This document shows positions 1 through 8,780 of a stretch of DNA of 11,522 nt, one piece after another; position 1 is the first letter of the stretch; every line of letters starts with the position of its first letter. This DNA is from Candidatus Methylomirabilales bacterium. GTDB taxonomy: Bacteria > Methylomirabilota > Methylomirabilia > Methylomirabilales > CSP1-5. The stretch covers positions 1 to 11,522 of the forward strand of contig JBHIAH010000082.1 of assembly GCA_046758505.1 (NCBI GenBank), read 5' to 3'. The notes below the pieces were generated by a model that worked only from the letters and a program-made list of their open reading frames with translations, was not told the origin of the DNA and made no database searches. Both the position numbers and the translations under genes were made by a program.

Positions 1-78
1 CCATGAACCATGAACCATGAACCATGAACCATGAACCATGAACTGTGACCGTGAGCTTCGGTCATCGGTCAACGAGGG
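1..78 (+). repeat. Heptamer tandem array (CCATGAA)x6, cut by the window start, then a hairpin linker and TCGGTCA heptamers
   Basis: Positions 1-42 are six perfect CCATGAA units. They are followed by CTGTGACCGTGAGCT, TCGGTCA x2 (58-71) and ACGAGGG (72-78). Confidence 0.95.
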
Positions 79-82
79 TACG

Positions 83-1459
83 ATGCGTGTCCTTGCGGTG
101 AAAGAGCTCGTGGCGGCTACGAAGGGGACCCTGGTCGCCGGTGACCCGGGCCGGAGGGTGGCAACTTTCTCCACGGATACCCGCACCCTCGGCCGCGGCG
201 ACCTTTTCATCGCCTTGAAGGGCAAAACCTTCGATGGCCACGCCTTCCTCCCTCAGGCCCTGGCGAAGGGAGCCGCAGGGTGTGTCGTCTCTTGTCCGAT
301 CGAGATCCCTCTTCCCCCCAATTTCGTGGTGATCGAGGTGGAGGAGACGCAGTGGGCCCTCGGCCAGATCGCGCAATGCTGGCGGAGGCGGGTTCCGGCG
401 CGGATCGCGGTGATCACAGGGAGCAACGGGAAAACGACCACAAAAGAGATGGCGGGGAGCGTCCTCCGCCAAGCGCTTCCCATCCTGGTCTCTTCGGGCA
501 ACCTCAACAATCTGATCGGCGTCCCCCTCACGCTGTTCCAGCTTCAGGAAGAGCACCAGGTCGCGGTCCTCGAGCTCGGGATGAACGCGCGGGGGGAGAT
601 CCATCGCCTGGCAGAGATCGCGGAGCCGGACGTGGGGGTGATCACCAACGTCGGCGAGGCCCACCTGGAGTTTCTCGGGTCGGTGGAAGAGGTGGCCGCG
701 GCGAAGGGAGAACTTCTCCCCTTTCTCACCGGGGATCGCGTGGCCGTTTTGAATCGGGACGACCCCTATCTCGATCTCCTCCTCCCCAAGGTCCGTGGCC
801 GCGTGCTGACGTTCGGCTGTGAGGCGCGGGCGGACATCCAGGCGGAGCAGGCCCGCGTGGGCTGTGACGGCCGGCCGGCGTTCACCCTCACGGCCGGAAG
901 GCAGAGGCGGCCGGTCCGGCTGAACGTCACGGGCCGGCTTAATGTCCCCAACGCGCTGGCCGCAGCCGCCGTCGGGGTCGCCCTTGGCCTGGATCTGGAT
1001 GTCATCGCCGCAGGACTCGAGCGGGCGCCGCCGGTGCCCATGCGGATGGAACAGGTTCTCCATCCCTCGGGGACGGTGATCGTCAACGATGCCTACAATG
1101 CGAATCCAACCTCTATGGCGGCGGCGCTAGAGGCCTTCTTTCGTATGGCCAAGGGGGCAGAGACCATCGTCGTGCTCGGGGACATGCTGGAGTTGGGATC
1201 GGTCTCGGATGCGGCCCACCGACGGGTTGGAGCCTTGGTGGCTCAGGGGCGCCCGGCTCTGTTGATCACGCTGGGAGAAAGGGCGCGAGCGATCGGCGAG
1301 GGGGCGGCCCACAGTGGATACGACGCGGCACGGATCCACTGTTGTCGTGACCATGGAGAGGCCCGGGCCGTGCTGCGAACGGTCCTGGGTCGGGCCCCGT
1401 GGATCCTTGTGAAGGCGTCGCGTGGGATGGGGCTCGAGCAAGTCCTCGAGGGGCTGTGA
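83..1459 (+). CDS. murF: UDP-N-acetylmuramoyl-tripeptide--D-alanyl-D-alanine ligase
   Basis: Motifs STDTR..GDLFIALKG..FDGH, P-loop ITGSNGKTTTKEM, NLNNLIGVPLT, VLELGMN..GEI, NDAYNANPTSM, LGDMLELG and KASRGM. ATG at 83 follows GAGGG (74-78). The ORF-track start at 38 lies inside the repeat. Confidence 0.96.
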   Translation: MRVLAVKELVAATKGTLVAGDPGRRVATFSTDTRTLGRGDLFIALKGKTFDGHAFLPQALAKGAAGCVVSCPIEIPLPPNFVVIEVEETQWALGQIAQCWRRRVPARIAVITGSNGKTTTKEMAGSVLRQALPILVSSGNLNNLIGVPLTLFQLQEEHQVAVLELGMNARGEIHRLAEIAEPDVGVITNVGEAHLEFLGSVEEVAAAKGELLPFLTGDRVAVLNRDDPYLDLLLPKVRGRVLTFGCEARADIQAEQARVGCDGRPAFTLTAGRQRRPVRLNVTGRLNVPNALAAAAVGVALGLDLDVIAAGLERAPPVPMRMEQVLHPSGTVIVNDAYNANPTSMAAALEAFFRMAKGAETIVVLGDMLELGSVSDAAHRRVGALVAQGRPALLITLGERARAIGEGAAHSGYDAARIHCCRDHGEARAVLRTVLGRAPWILVKASRGMGLEQVLEGL

Positions 1460-2541
1460 TGCTGTACCACCTCCTCTATCCGCTCGTCAGTTATCATTCA
1501 GTCTTCAACGTCTTACGGTATGTGACGTTCCGCACGGCGGGCGCGATCATGACGTCGCTGCTTCTCAGTCTTATCTTGGGCCCGTATATCATCGCACGAC
1601 TTCGGGACCTGCACGTGGGTCAGGAGATCCGGGAGGACGGCCCGGGAACCCATATCGGCAAGGCCGGAACCCCGACCATGGGTGGGCTGCTGATTCTCAG
1701 CGTCGTGACCGTCTCGACGCTGCTGTGGGCCAACCTCACCTTTCGGTTCATCTGGCTGATCCTCCTGGGGACACTGGCCATGGGGATGGTGGGGTTTTTC
1801 GATGATTATCTGAAGCTCACCCGGCACAGCAGCAAGGGGTTATCCCCACGGTACAAATTTACCTGGCAGATCTTGCTGGGGCTCGGCGTGGGGGGCTACC
1901 TTTATATGGCCCCGGTGGATCGATTCACCACCCGGTTAAGCATTCCCTTCGTGAAGTGGTGGGTGCCGGACCTGGGGTGGGGGTATGTCATCTTGGTCGT
2001 GCTGATCATCGTCGGGTGTAGTAATGCCGTCAATCTCACCGACGGATTGGATGGGCTCGCCACGGGACCCATGATTATGGCGTCGGCCGCGTACACCGTG
2101 TTGGCCTACATGGCTGGCCATGCCGGCATCGCCCGCTACCTGCAGGTGATCTCCGTTCGGGAATCGAGCGAGCTCACCATCTTCGGCGGTGCGGTGGTGG
2201 GAGCCTCGCTCGGGTTTCTCTGGTTCAATGCGTATCCCGCCCAGATCTTTATGGGAGATACCGGATCCCTGGGGCTGGGGACGGCCCTCGCCCTGATGGC
2301 GGTCCTGACCAAACACGAGCTCCTCCTCGTGATCATTGGCGGGGTCTTTGTCATCGAGGCGGTTTCGGTCATGCTCCAGGTGTTTTCGTACAAGACCACG
2401 GGGCGGCGGATTTTTCGCATGGCCCCCATTCACCACCATTACGAGCTCAACGGGGTCGCGGAACCCAAGATCTTTGTTCGGTTCTGGATCATCTCGTTCC
2501 TGCTGGCGCTCATCTCACTCACGACGTTGAAGCTGCGATAG
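1459..2541 (+). CDS. mraY: Phospho-N-acetylmuramoyl-pentapeptide transferase
   Basis: Motifs KAGTPTMGG, GFFDDYLK, NAVNLTDGLDGLA, FLWFNAYPAQIFMGDTGS and FRMAPIHHHYE. Multi-pass hydrophobic protein. ATG 1459 overlaps the murF stop (TGATG). Confidence 0.97.
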   Translation: MLYHLLYPLVSYHSVFNVLRYVTFRTAGAIMTSLLLSLILGPYIIARLRDLHVGQEIREDGPGTHIGKAGTPTMGGLLILSVVTVSTLLWANLTFRFIWLILLGTLAMGMVGFFDDYLKLTRHSSKGLSPRYKFTWQILLGLGVGGYLYMAPVDRFTTRLSIPFVKWWVPDLGWGYVILVVLIIVGCSNAVNLTDGLDGLATGPMIMASAAYTVLAYMAGHAGIARYLQVISVRESSELTIFGGAVVGASLGFLWFNAYPAQIFMGDTGSLGLGTALALMAVLTKHELLLVIIGGVFVIEAVSVMLQVFSYKTTGRRIFRMAPIHHHYELNGVAEPKIFVRFWIISFLLALISLTTLKLR

Positions 2542-2543
2542 GA

Positions 2544-2647
2544 GTTCATGGTTGATGGTTCATGGTTCACGGAAAGATCGGCTCAAGAATGTAAATGTGG
2601 GGGAGAAGGTTGTTTTGGCCGTGAACGGTGAACGGTGAACTGTGAAC
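2544..2647. repeat. Inverted heptamer arms (TTCATGG-type x4 / CCGTGAA-type x4) around a 46-nt spacer
   Basis: Left arm TTCATGG TTGATGG TTCATGG TTCACGG at 2545-2572. Right arm CCGTGAA CGGTGAA CGGTGAA CTGTGAA at 2619-2646. Confidence 0.9.
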
Positions 2648-2658
2648 AGGAATGGATT

Positions 2659-4065
2659 ATGGCGGACACGCGGACGTTGGATGTCAGAGGCAAGAAGGTC
2701 ACGGTGGTGGGGCTCGCGCGGAGTGGGGCCGCCGCCTGTCGGCTCCTCGTGCGGTCGGGGGCGCTGGTGACCGGCAGCGATCATCGCCCGGCCGACCAGA
2801 TCGACACGGATCTCGAGGACCTCAAGCGGAGCGGGGTCTGCCTCGAGCTCGGGATCCATCGGCCAGCAACCTTTCTTTCCGCGGAGCTGATTGTGGTGAG
2901 CCCGGGGGTCGATTTGAACTTTCCCCTGCTCCACAAGGCGCGGATCCGGGGAGTCCGGGTCTGGAGCGAAGTCGAGCTGGCCTTTCGAGCCACGGAAGCC
3001 CCCTTCGTTGCTGTGACCGGGACGAACGGAAAGAGTACGACCACCACCCTGGTTGGGCTGATGGTGAAGCAGGCGGGGAAGAAGGTCGTGGTCGCAGGCA
3101 ATATCGGCACCGCGCTCTCAGACGTGGTGCTCGGGCTCTCCCCGGCGCACTGGGTGGTGGCCGAGGTCTCCAGCTTCCAGCTCGAGGCCATCGATGCCTT
3201 CCGTCCGCAGGTGGCCCTCCTCCTGAACGTCACGCCGGACCACCTGGACCGGTATGCGGACCTGTCGGCGTACCTGGACGCGAAGGCTCGCATCTTCGAG
3301 AACCAGGGGCCTGACGACGTGGCGGTGGTAAACGCCGATGACCCGTTCACGCTGGAAGCCGTTGGTCGGGGCACGGCGAGAAGGATTCTCTTCAGTCGGC
3401 GTCAGCCTGTTCAAGAGGGAGCGTATCTGCGGGACGGGACGTTCTGGCTCCGCCTGGGAGACAAAGAGGAGGCGATCTGTCATCGGGAGACGCTCAAGAT
3501 CCAAGGTGCGCACAACACCGAGAACGCCTTGGCCGCCCTCGCCGCCGCCGGCCCTCTGGGGGTGCCCTTTCACGCCATGCGGGAGGTCCTCGACCAGTTT
3601 GCCGGGCTCGAGCACCGCCTCGAGATGGCGGCAGAGATTGCCGGGGTCCGGTACTTCAACGACTCCAAGGGGACGAACGTGGGGGCCACGGTGAAATCGC
3701 TCGAGAGCTTTCCGCCGGGAACGGTGATCCTCATCGCCGGGGGGCTGGATAAGGGGGCCGACTTCAGGCCCCTCATCCCCCTGGTCAAGGAGCGGGTCAA
3801 GGCGGCCGTCCTCCTCGGCCGGGCCCGGGAAAAGCTGCAGGCGACCCTGCAAGGCAGTTGTCCCATCCGGGGTGCCGCAAGCCTGGAGGAGGCAGTTCAC
3901 GCTGCGGCCGCTCTGGCTGTGGTGGGAGATGTGGTCCTCCTTTCCCCGGCGTGTGCGAGCTTCGACATGTTCCGGGATTTTGAGGAGCGGGGACGGGTCT
4001 TCAAGGCGGCGGTGCGGCGGCTCAGGAATCGGGGGGAAGGCGAAGATGCGGGGGGAGTACGATAA
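2659..4065 (+). CDS. murD: UDP-N-acetylmuramoyl-L-alanine--D-glutamate ligase
   Basis: Motifs VVGLARSG, VVSPGV, VTGTNGKSTTT, GNIG, EVSSFQLE, NVTPDHLDRY, LEHRLE, NDSKGTN and LSPACASFDMF..FEERG. AGGA at 2648-2651 precedes ATG 2659. Confidence 0.97.
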   Translation: MADTRTLDVRGKKVTVVGLARSGAAACRLLVRSGALVTGSDHRPADQIDTDLEDLKRSGVCLELGIHRPATFLSAELIVVSPGVDLNFPLLHKARIRGVRVWSEVELAFRATEAPFVAVTGTNGKSTTTTLVGLMVKQAGKKVVVAGNIGTALSDVVLGLSPAHWVVAEVSSFQLEAIDAFRPQVALLLNVTPDHLDRYADLSAYLDAKARIFENQGPDDVAVVNADDPFTLEAVGRGTARRILFSRRQPVQEGAYLRDGTFWLRLGDKEEAICHRETLKIQGAHNTENALAALAAAGPLGVPFHAMREVLDQFAGLEHRLEMAAEIAGVRYFNDSKGTNVGATVKSLESFPPGTVILIAGGLDKGADFRPLIPLVKERVKAAVLLGRAREKLQATLQGSCPIRGAASLEEAVHAAAALAVVGDVVLLSPACASFDMFRDFEERGRVFKAAVRRLRNRGEGEDAGGVR

Positions 4066-5173
4066 GGTCCTCTTGACCGTGACGTTGGTTCTGACGGGCT
4101 TGGGGATTCTCATGGTCTACAGTGCGAGCGCCATTCGGGCCCAGGAGCAGTTTGGGGATCCCGCTTTCTTTCTCAAGCGGCAGGTCCTCTGGGCCGTCGT
4201 GGGCCTCACGACCCTCATCTGGGTCTTGGGACAGGACTACCGCCAGCTTCAGCGGTGGGCCCCCCTCTTGTATCTGCTCTCGATCCTCCTGTTGATCGTC
4301 GTCCTGATCCCGGGCGTGGGGACCAAGGTAAACGGGGCCCGGCGCTGGCTGCGATTTGCCAGTCTCTCATTTCAGCCCGCCGAGTTTGCCAAGTTCGGAC
4401 TCATTCTCTACCTGAGCCGCCTCCTCGTGCGGAAAGGGGAGCGGGTGCGAGAGTTCACGGACGGCCTCTTGCCGCCCCTCATTCTTGCTGCCGTCGTTGT
4501 CGGGCTCGTGGCGCTGCAGCCCAATTATGGAACCGCCCTGATCATTTTCGCGACGGTGGGCGCCCTCCTCTTTGTCGCCGGGACCCGAGTTTCGCACCTG
4601 GCCCTGATGAGCGTGGGCCTCGTGCCGCTCCTCGGTTTTCTGGTGATGCAGGCCCCCCATGTTCGAGGGAGGGTCCTCGCCATGGTCGATCCCTCTCAAG
4701 TCTCGCCCCGGTTTCTCTATCAGCTGACCCAATCCCAACTGGCGTTGGGGCGGGGGGGCTCGCTGGGGGCCGGGCTCGGGGATGGGATGCAGAAGCTCTT
4801 TTATCTCCCCGAGCCCCATACCGACTTCATCTTTGCCATCGTGGGAGAAGAGTTGGGGTTTGCCGGAGGGGTAGCCGTCTTGGGTCTCTTTGCCCTCATT
4901 CTCTGGCGGGGAATCCGGATCGCGGTCAAGACGTCCGATCCCTTCGGCTGCTACCTGGCCCTGGGGATTACCTGTCTCATCGTGACCCAGGCGGCGGTAA
5001 ATGTGGGGATGGTCGTGGGGCTTTTGCCGACCACCGGCCTTCCCCTTCCCTTGCTCAGCTTTGGCGGCACGTCACTCGTGATGACCCTCTTCGGGGTGGG
5101 CGTCCTGCTGAGCATCTCCCGCTGCCCGGCGGCCTACCCTGGGTACTTTCGTCGGAGGGGAGGATTGCGGTGA
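4046..5173 (+). CDS. ftsW: SEDS-family peptidoglycan glycosyltransferase FtsW
   Basis: Motifs GILMVYSAS, NGARRW, FQPAEFAK, LPEPHTDFIFAIVGEELG and PTTGLPLPLLSFGGTS. Located between murD and murG; start overlaps the murD 3' end by 20 nt. Confidence 0.95.
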   Translation: MRGEYDKVLLTVTLVLTGLGILMVYSASAIRAQEQFGDPAFFLKRQVLWAVVGLTTLIWVLGQDYRQLQRWAPLLYLLSILLLIVVLIPGVGTKVNGARRWLRFASLSFQPAEFAKFGLILYLSRLLVRKGERVREFTDGLLPPLILAAVVVGLVALQPNYGTALIIFATVGALLFVAGTRVSHLALMSVGLVPLLGFLVMQAPHVRGRVLAMVDPSQVSPRFLYQLTQSQLALGRGGSLGAGLGDGMQKLFYLPEPHTDFIFAIVGEELGFAGGVAVLGLFALILWRGIRIAVKTSDPFGCYLALGITCLIVTQAAVNVGMVVGLLPTTGLPLPLLSFGGTSLVMTLFGVGVLLSISRCPAAYPGYFRRRGGLR

Positions 5174-6318
5174 AAGTCGTGTTGGCGGGTGGGGGGACAG
5201 GAGGCCACGTGTTTCCTGCGCTTGCCCTCGCCCGGGAACTGAGGGGGCGGGATATGGAGGCCATGCTGATCGGCGCGGCCCGGGGACCGGAGGGGGCTGC
5301 TTTCGCGGCAGAGGGGTTTCCGATGGAGACGATTCGGGTCGGAGGCCTGAAGGGGTTGAGGCCAAAGGCGCAGGCCAGCTCCGTTGTGCTCCTCCCCCAG
5401 GCCCTGGTCCATGCCCTCATGCTCCTCCGGCGCCACCAGCCTTCCGCGGTGGTCGGTGTGGGCGGCTATGCGGCCGGGCCGGTTGCGATGGGAGCGGTCC
5501 TCAGACGGATCCCGCTGCTGATCCACGAGCAGAACGTTGCCCCGGGCCTGACCAATCGAGTCCTCGGGCGGGTTGCAGACGTGGTGGCGGTCAGCTTCGA
5601 GGAGACCGGTCCGGCGTTCGGGCGGGAGGTAGTGGTGACGGGGAATCCGATCCGCCGCGAGATCTTGGAAGCGGACCGGCGCAAGGGGGTGGAGGCCTTC
5701 CACCTGGACCCCAACAAGCTGACCGTGCTCGTCTTTGGGGGGAGCCAGGGGGCTCACCGGATCAATCAGGCTGTGGCGGAGGCCCTCCCCCATCTGGGTC
5801 GATTACGGGATCGACTCCAGGTCATCCATGCGACGGGGGAGCGGGACCGCAACGAGATGGAGGAGGCCTATCGGGTCTGGAAGGGGGCGGCCCGTGTCCT
5901 GCCCTTCATCCAGGACATGGCCTCCGCCTATGCGGCGGCGGACCTGGTGGTGTCCCGGGCCGGAGCCACCACGATCGCGGAACTCACGGCGCTTGGGAAG
6001 CCGGCCCTCTTGATCCCTTATCCCTTCGCCGCCAACGATCACCAGCGGGAAAATGCGGAGGAGGTGGTGAGGGTCGGCGGGGCCCGGCTGGTGCTGGACC
6101 GGGATCTGACCGGTCACCGCCTCGCCCTCGAGATGCACGAGCTGCTCGACGACCCGGCTGCGCTTGCCGAGATGGGGCGGGCGGCTCGGGGCCTGGGACG
6201 GCCTGACGCCGCCACTCACCTGGCGGATCTCGTCTGCCGGTTGGCTGGAGCGGGGCGCGGCCCGCATGTCGCGCGGCGCCCGGCGGAGAAGGGGCAGAGT
6301 CGGGAAATGGAGCGTTGA
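5170..6318 (+). CDS. murG: Undecaprenyl-PP-MurNAc-pentapeptide GlcNAc transferase
   Basis: Motifs AGGGTGGHVFPALA, GVGGY, HEQN, TGNPIR, FGGSQGA, SRAGATT..E and IPYP...HQ..NA. GTG 5170 overlaps the ftsW stop (GTGA), with GGAGG at 5159-5163. Confidence 0.96.
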   Translation: MKVVLAGGGTGGHVFPALALARELRGRDMEAMLIGAARGPEGAAFAAEGFPMETIRVGGLKGLRPKAQASSVVLLPQALVHALMLLRRHQPSAVVGVGGYAAGPVAMGAVLRRIPLLIHEQNVAPGLTNRVLGRVADVVAVSFEETGPAFGREVVVTGNPIRREILEADRRKGVEAFHLDPNKLTVLVFGGSQGAHRINQAVAEALPHLGRLRDRLQVIHATGERDRNEMEEAYRVWKGAARVLPFIQDMASAYAAADLVVSRAGATTIAELTALGKPALLIPYPFAANDHQRENAEEVVRVGGARLVLDRDLTGHRLALEMHELLDDPAALAEMGRAARGLGRPDAATHLADLVCRLAGAGRGPHVARRPAEKGQSREMER

Positions 6319-6321
6319 CGG

Positions 6322-7698
6322 ATGGTAAAGCCGTACCGACATATCCATTTCGTGGGGATCGGTGGCGCCGGAATGAGTGGGATCGCCGAGGTACTCCATA
6401 ATATGGCCTATCTCGTCACCGGGTCAGATATCCAGGCGTCGGAGGTAACGCGCCGTCTGGAGGGCTTCGGGATCCGGGTCTTCATCGGGCATCAGCCAGG
6501 GCACGTCCAGGGGGCCGATGTGGTGGTCCGGTCCTCGGCGGTGGCCCCGGATAATCCGGAGGTCGTCGCAGCGCGGCAGCACCTGATCCCGGTCATTCCT
6601 CGGGCGGAGATGCTTGCGGAGCTCATGCGCCTGAAGTATGGGGTCGCGGTGGCCGGAACCCACGGGAAGACCACTACGACCTCCATGCTGGCGACCGTCC
6701 TCGCCAAGGGAGGCCTCGACCCTACCATCGTCATCGGCGGCCGCCTGAGGGGGCTGGAGACCAGTGCCAAGCTCGGTAGGGGAGACTTCCTCGTGGCGGA
6801 GGCGGACGAGAGTGACGGGTCTTTTCTGAAGCTCACGCCCACGGTGGCGGTCGTGACCACCATCGACGCGGAGCATCTGGACTACTATCGCGACCTCGCG
6901 CACATTCAAGAGACCTTCCTGCAGTTCATCAATAAGGTTCCCTTCTATGGGTCGGCAGTCCTGTGCCTCGACCAGGAAAACATTCAGACCCTCCTGCCGT
7001 CCGTGGAGAAGCGGTTCATCACCTACGGTCTCAGAACGCAGGCGGACATCACGGCCAGAGAGATCATGCTCCAGGGGATGGGGTCGGAGTTTGTCGTGGT
7101 CGCGCGGCAAGAGATGTTGGGGAAGTTTCGGCTGCGGGTCCCCGGGGTCCACAACGTGAGTAATGCCCTGGCCGCCATAGCGGTCGGTCTCGATCTGGAT
7201 ATCGGGCTGGAGGTTATCCGGGAAGCGCTGGAGGAGTTCGCCGGGGTCGACCGCCGGTTCCAGGTGAAGGGAGAGGCGCGGGGTGTTCTGGTGGTGGATG
7301 ACTACGGCCATCATCCGGTTGAGATCCGCGCCACCCTCAATGCCGCCAAGGATGGGTTTGGCCGGCGGGTGGTTGTGGCCTTTCAGCCCCACCGCTACAC
7401 CCGAACCCACCATCTCCTCCGGGAGTTCTTCACCGCCTTCTACCAGGCCGATGTGTTGGTGGTGACGGAAGTGTATCCAGCCGGGGAGCCAGCCATTCCC
7501 GGGGTCAGTGGGAGGCAGATCGCGGAAGGGGCCATCGAACATGGGCATCGCGGCGTCACCTTCGTGCCGGACAAGGAGGCGATCCCGGATGTGCTCCTCC
7601 CGCTGCTCCAACCCGGGGATTTGGTGATGACCATGGGGGCAGGGGATATCTGGCAGGTGGGAGAGGACATCCTCCGTCGCTTGGCGACGGGTTCATAG
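6322..7698 (+). CDS. murC: UDP-N-acetylmuramate--L-alanine ligase
   Basis: Motifs [63 protein letters not shown] and MGAGDI. Confidence 0.97.
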   Translation: MVKPYRHIHFVGIGGAGMSGIAEVLHNMAYLVTGSDIQASEVTRRLEGFGIRVFIGHQPGHVQGADVVVRSSAVAPDNPEVVAARQHLIPVIPRAEMLAELMRLKYGVAVAGTHGKTTTTSMLATVLAKGGLDPTIVIGGRLRGLETSAKLGRGDFLVAEADESDGSFLKLTPTVAVVTTIDAEHLDYYRDLAHIQETFLQFINKVPFYGSAVLCLDQENIQTLLPSVEKRFITYGLRTQADITAREIMLQGMGSEFVVVARQEMLGKFRLRVPGVHNVSNALAAIAVGLDLDIGLEVIREALEEFAGVDRRFQVKGEARGVLVVDDYGHHPVEIRATLNAAKDGFGRRVVVAFQPHRYTRTHHLLREFFTAFYQADVLVVTEVYPAGEPAIPGVSGRQIAEGAIEHGHRGVTFVPDKEAIPDVLLPLLQPGDLVMTMGAGDIWQVGEDILRRLATGS

Positions 7699-7856
7699 CG
7701 GACGGTTCACAGTTCAGGGTTCATGGCTTAAGAACTACCCTTTGGCCATGAACCATCAACCATGAACGATGAACCATGAACTGTGACCGTGAGCTTCGGT
7801 CATCGGTCATCGGTCGTCGGGCCATGAACCATGAACCGTGAACCATGAACGGCGAA
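7692..7856. repeat. Composite heptamer element: TTCATGG arm, 19-nt core, CCATGAA arm, hairpin linker, TCGGTCA units, second CCATGAA array
   Basis: TTCACAG TTCAGGG TTCATGG (7706-7726); core 7727-7745; CCATGAA-type x5 (7746-7780); TCGGTCR x3 (7796-7816); CCRTGAA x4 (7822-7849). Confidence 0.93.
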
Positions 7857-7868
7857 GGGGCAAGACGC

Positions 7869-8777
7869 GTGATCACGCGGGAAGTAACGCAAAGGCTTGA
7901 GCGGCAAATAACGGGGAGGATCCTGTACCGGGAGCCCCTCGAACCATACACCTCCTTTGGGATTGGGGGGCCGGCGGACATCATGGTCTTTCCTGAGGGA
8001 GAGGGGGATGTGCAGGCCGTCCTGCAGCTCTGCCGAGACGAAGGAATTCCATACCTCGTCTTGGGGGGGGGCAGCAACCTGCTGGTCCGAGACGGAGGAT
8101 TTCGAGGGATTGTCCTCCATCTGGGCGGCGTCTTCACGCAGCTCGGCGTGGAGGGGAAGCGAGTCTGGGCGGGCGCCGGGGGTCGGCTGAGCCGGCTGGT
8201 GGCCTTCTGCTCACAGGTCGCCCTCACCGGCGTAGAGAGCCTCGCGGGCATCCCCGGGACCGTCGGGGGTGCAGTCAAGGGGAACGCCGGTGCCTTTGGG
8301 GGTTCCGTCGCTGATCGTATCGCCGAGGTCCGGATGCTGATGCGTGACGGAACGCAGCAGGCTGTGTCGCGGACGCAGCTGGACTTTTCCTACCGACGCT
8401 CCTCCCTCCCGGAGGGATGTGTGGTGCTCGAGGCGGCCTTCGATTTGGAGCCGGGTGACGCTGGCCAGATTCGCCGGCGGGTCTCGGAGAACCTCCTGCA
8501 GCGAAATCGCCGACAGCCGGTGGAGTGGCGATCGGCAGGTTCGGTGTTCAAGAATCCGGCCGGCGAGTATGCGGGCCGGCTGGTGGAGAAGGCGGGACTG
8601 AAGGGGGTGCGGATCGGGGCCGCCTGTGTCTCACCCAAACACGGCAACTTCATCATCAATCTCGGGGGGGCCACGGCGGGGGATGTTCTGGCCCTCATCG
8701 ATCTGATGAAACGCCGGGTTCAGGAGGAAATGCGGGTTGAGCTCGAGCTCGAGGTTCGAGTGGTGGGGGAAGACTAA
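7869..8777 (+). CDS. murB: UDP-N-acetylenolpyruvoylglucosamine reductase
   Basis: Motifs TSFGIGGPAD, LGGGSNLLV, GIPGTVGGAVKGNAGA, FSYRRS, QP...SAGSVFKNP, KHGNFIIN and LELEV. GTG 7869 follows GAAGGGG (7854-7860). An alternative in-frame ATG at 7845 lies within the repeat. Confidence 0.95.
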   Translation: MITREVTQRLERQITGRILYREPLEPYTSFGIGGPADIMVFPEGEGDVQAVLQLCRDEGIPYLVLGGGSNLLVRDGGFRGIVLHLGGVFTQLGVEGKRVWAGAGGRLSRLVAFCSQVALTGVESLAGIPGTVGGAVKGNAGAFGGSVADRIAEVRMLMRDGTQQAVSRTQLDFSYRRSSLPEGCVVLEAAFDLEPGDAGQIRRRVSENLLQRNRRQPVEWRSAGSVFKNPAGEYAGRLVEKAGLKGVRIGAACVSPKHGNFIINLGGATAGDVLALIDLMKRRVQEEMRVELELEVRVVGED

Positions 8778-8780
8778 GAT

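Noticed and set aside
2544..2647. Intrinsic terminators at the intergenic hairpins (also 7706-7766, 10892-10914, 10927-10987)
   Set aside because: No U-tract follows the stems, several loops are large, and they lie inside an apparently co-transcribed operon.
4517..4534. FtsW motif reads QPNYGT rather than the common QPDxGT
   Set aside because: Asn variants at this position occur in other SEDS proteins, and the catalytic-loop motif HTDFIF is intact. There is no evidence of inactivation.
4255..5169. Apparent 305-aa N-terminal extension of MurG (687-aa ORF)
   Set aside because: It overlaps ftsW in another frame and is Arg/Gly/Pro-rich. The real start is GTG 5170, with GGAGG and a GTGA overlap.
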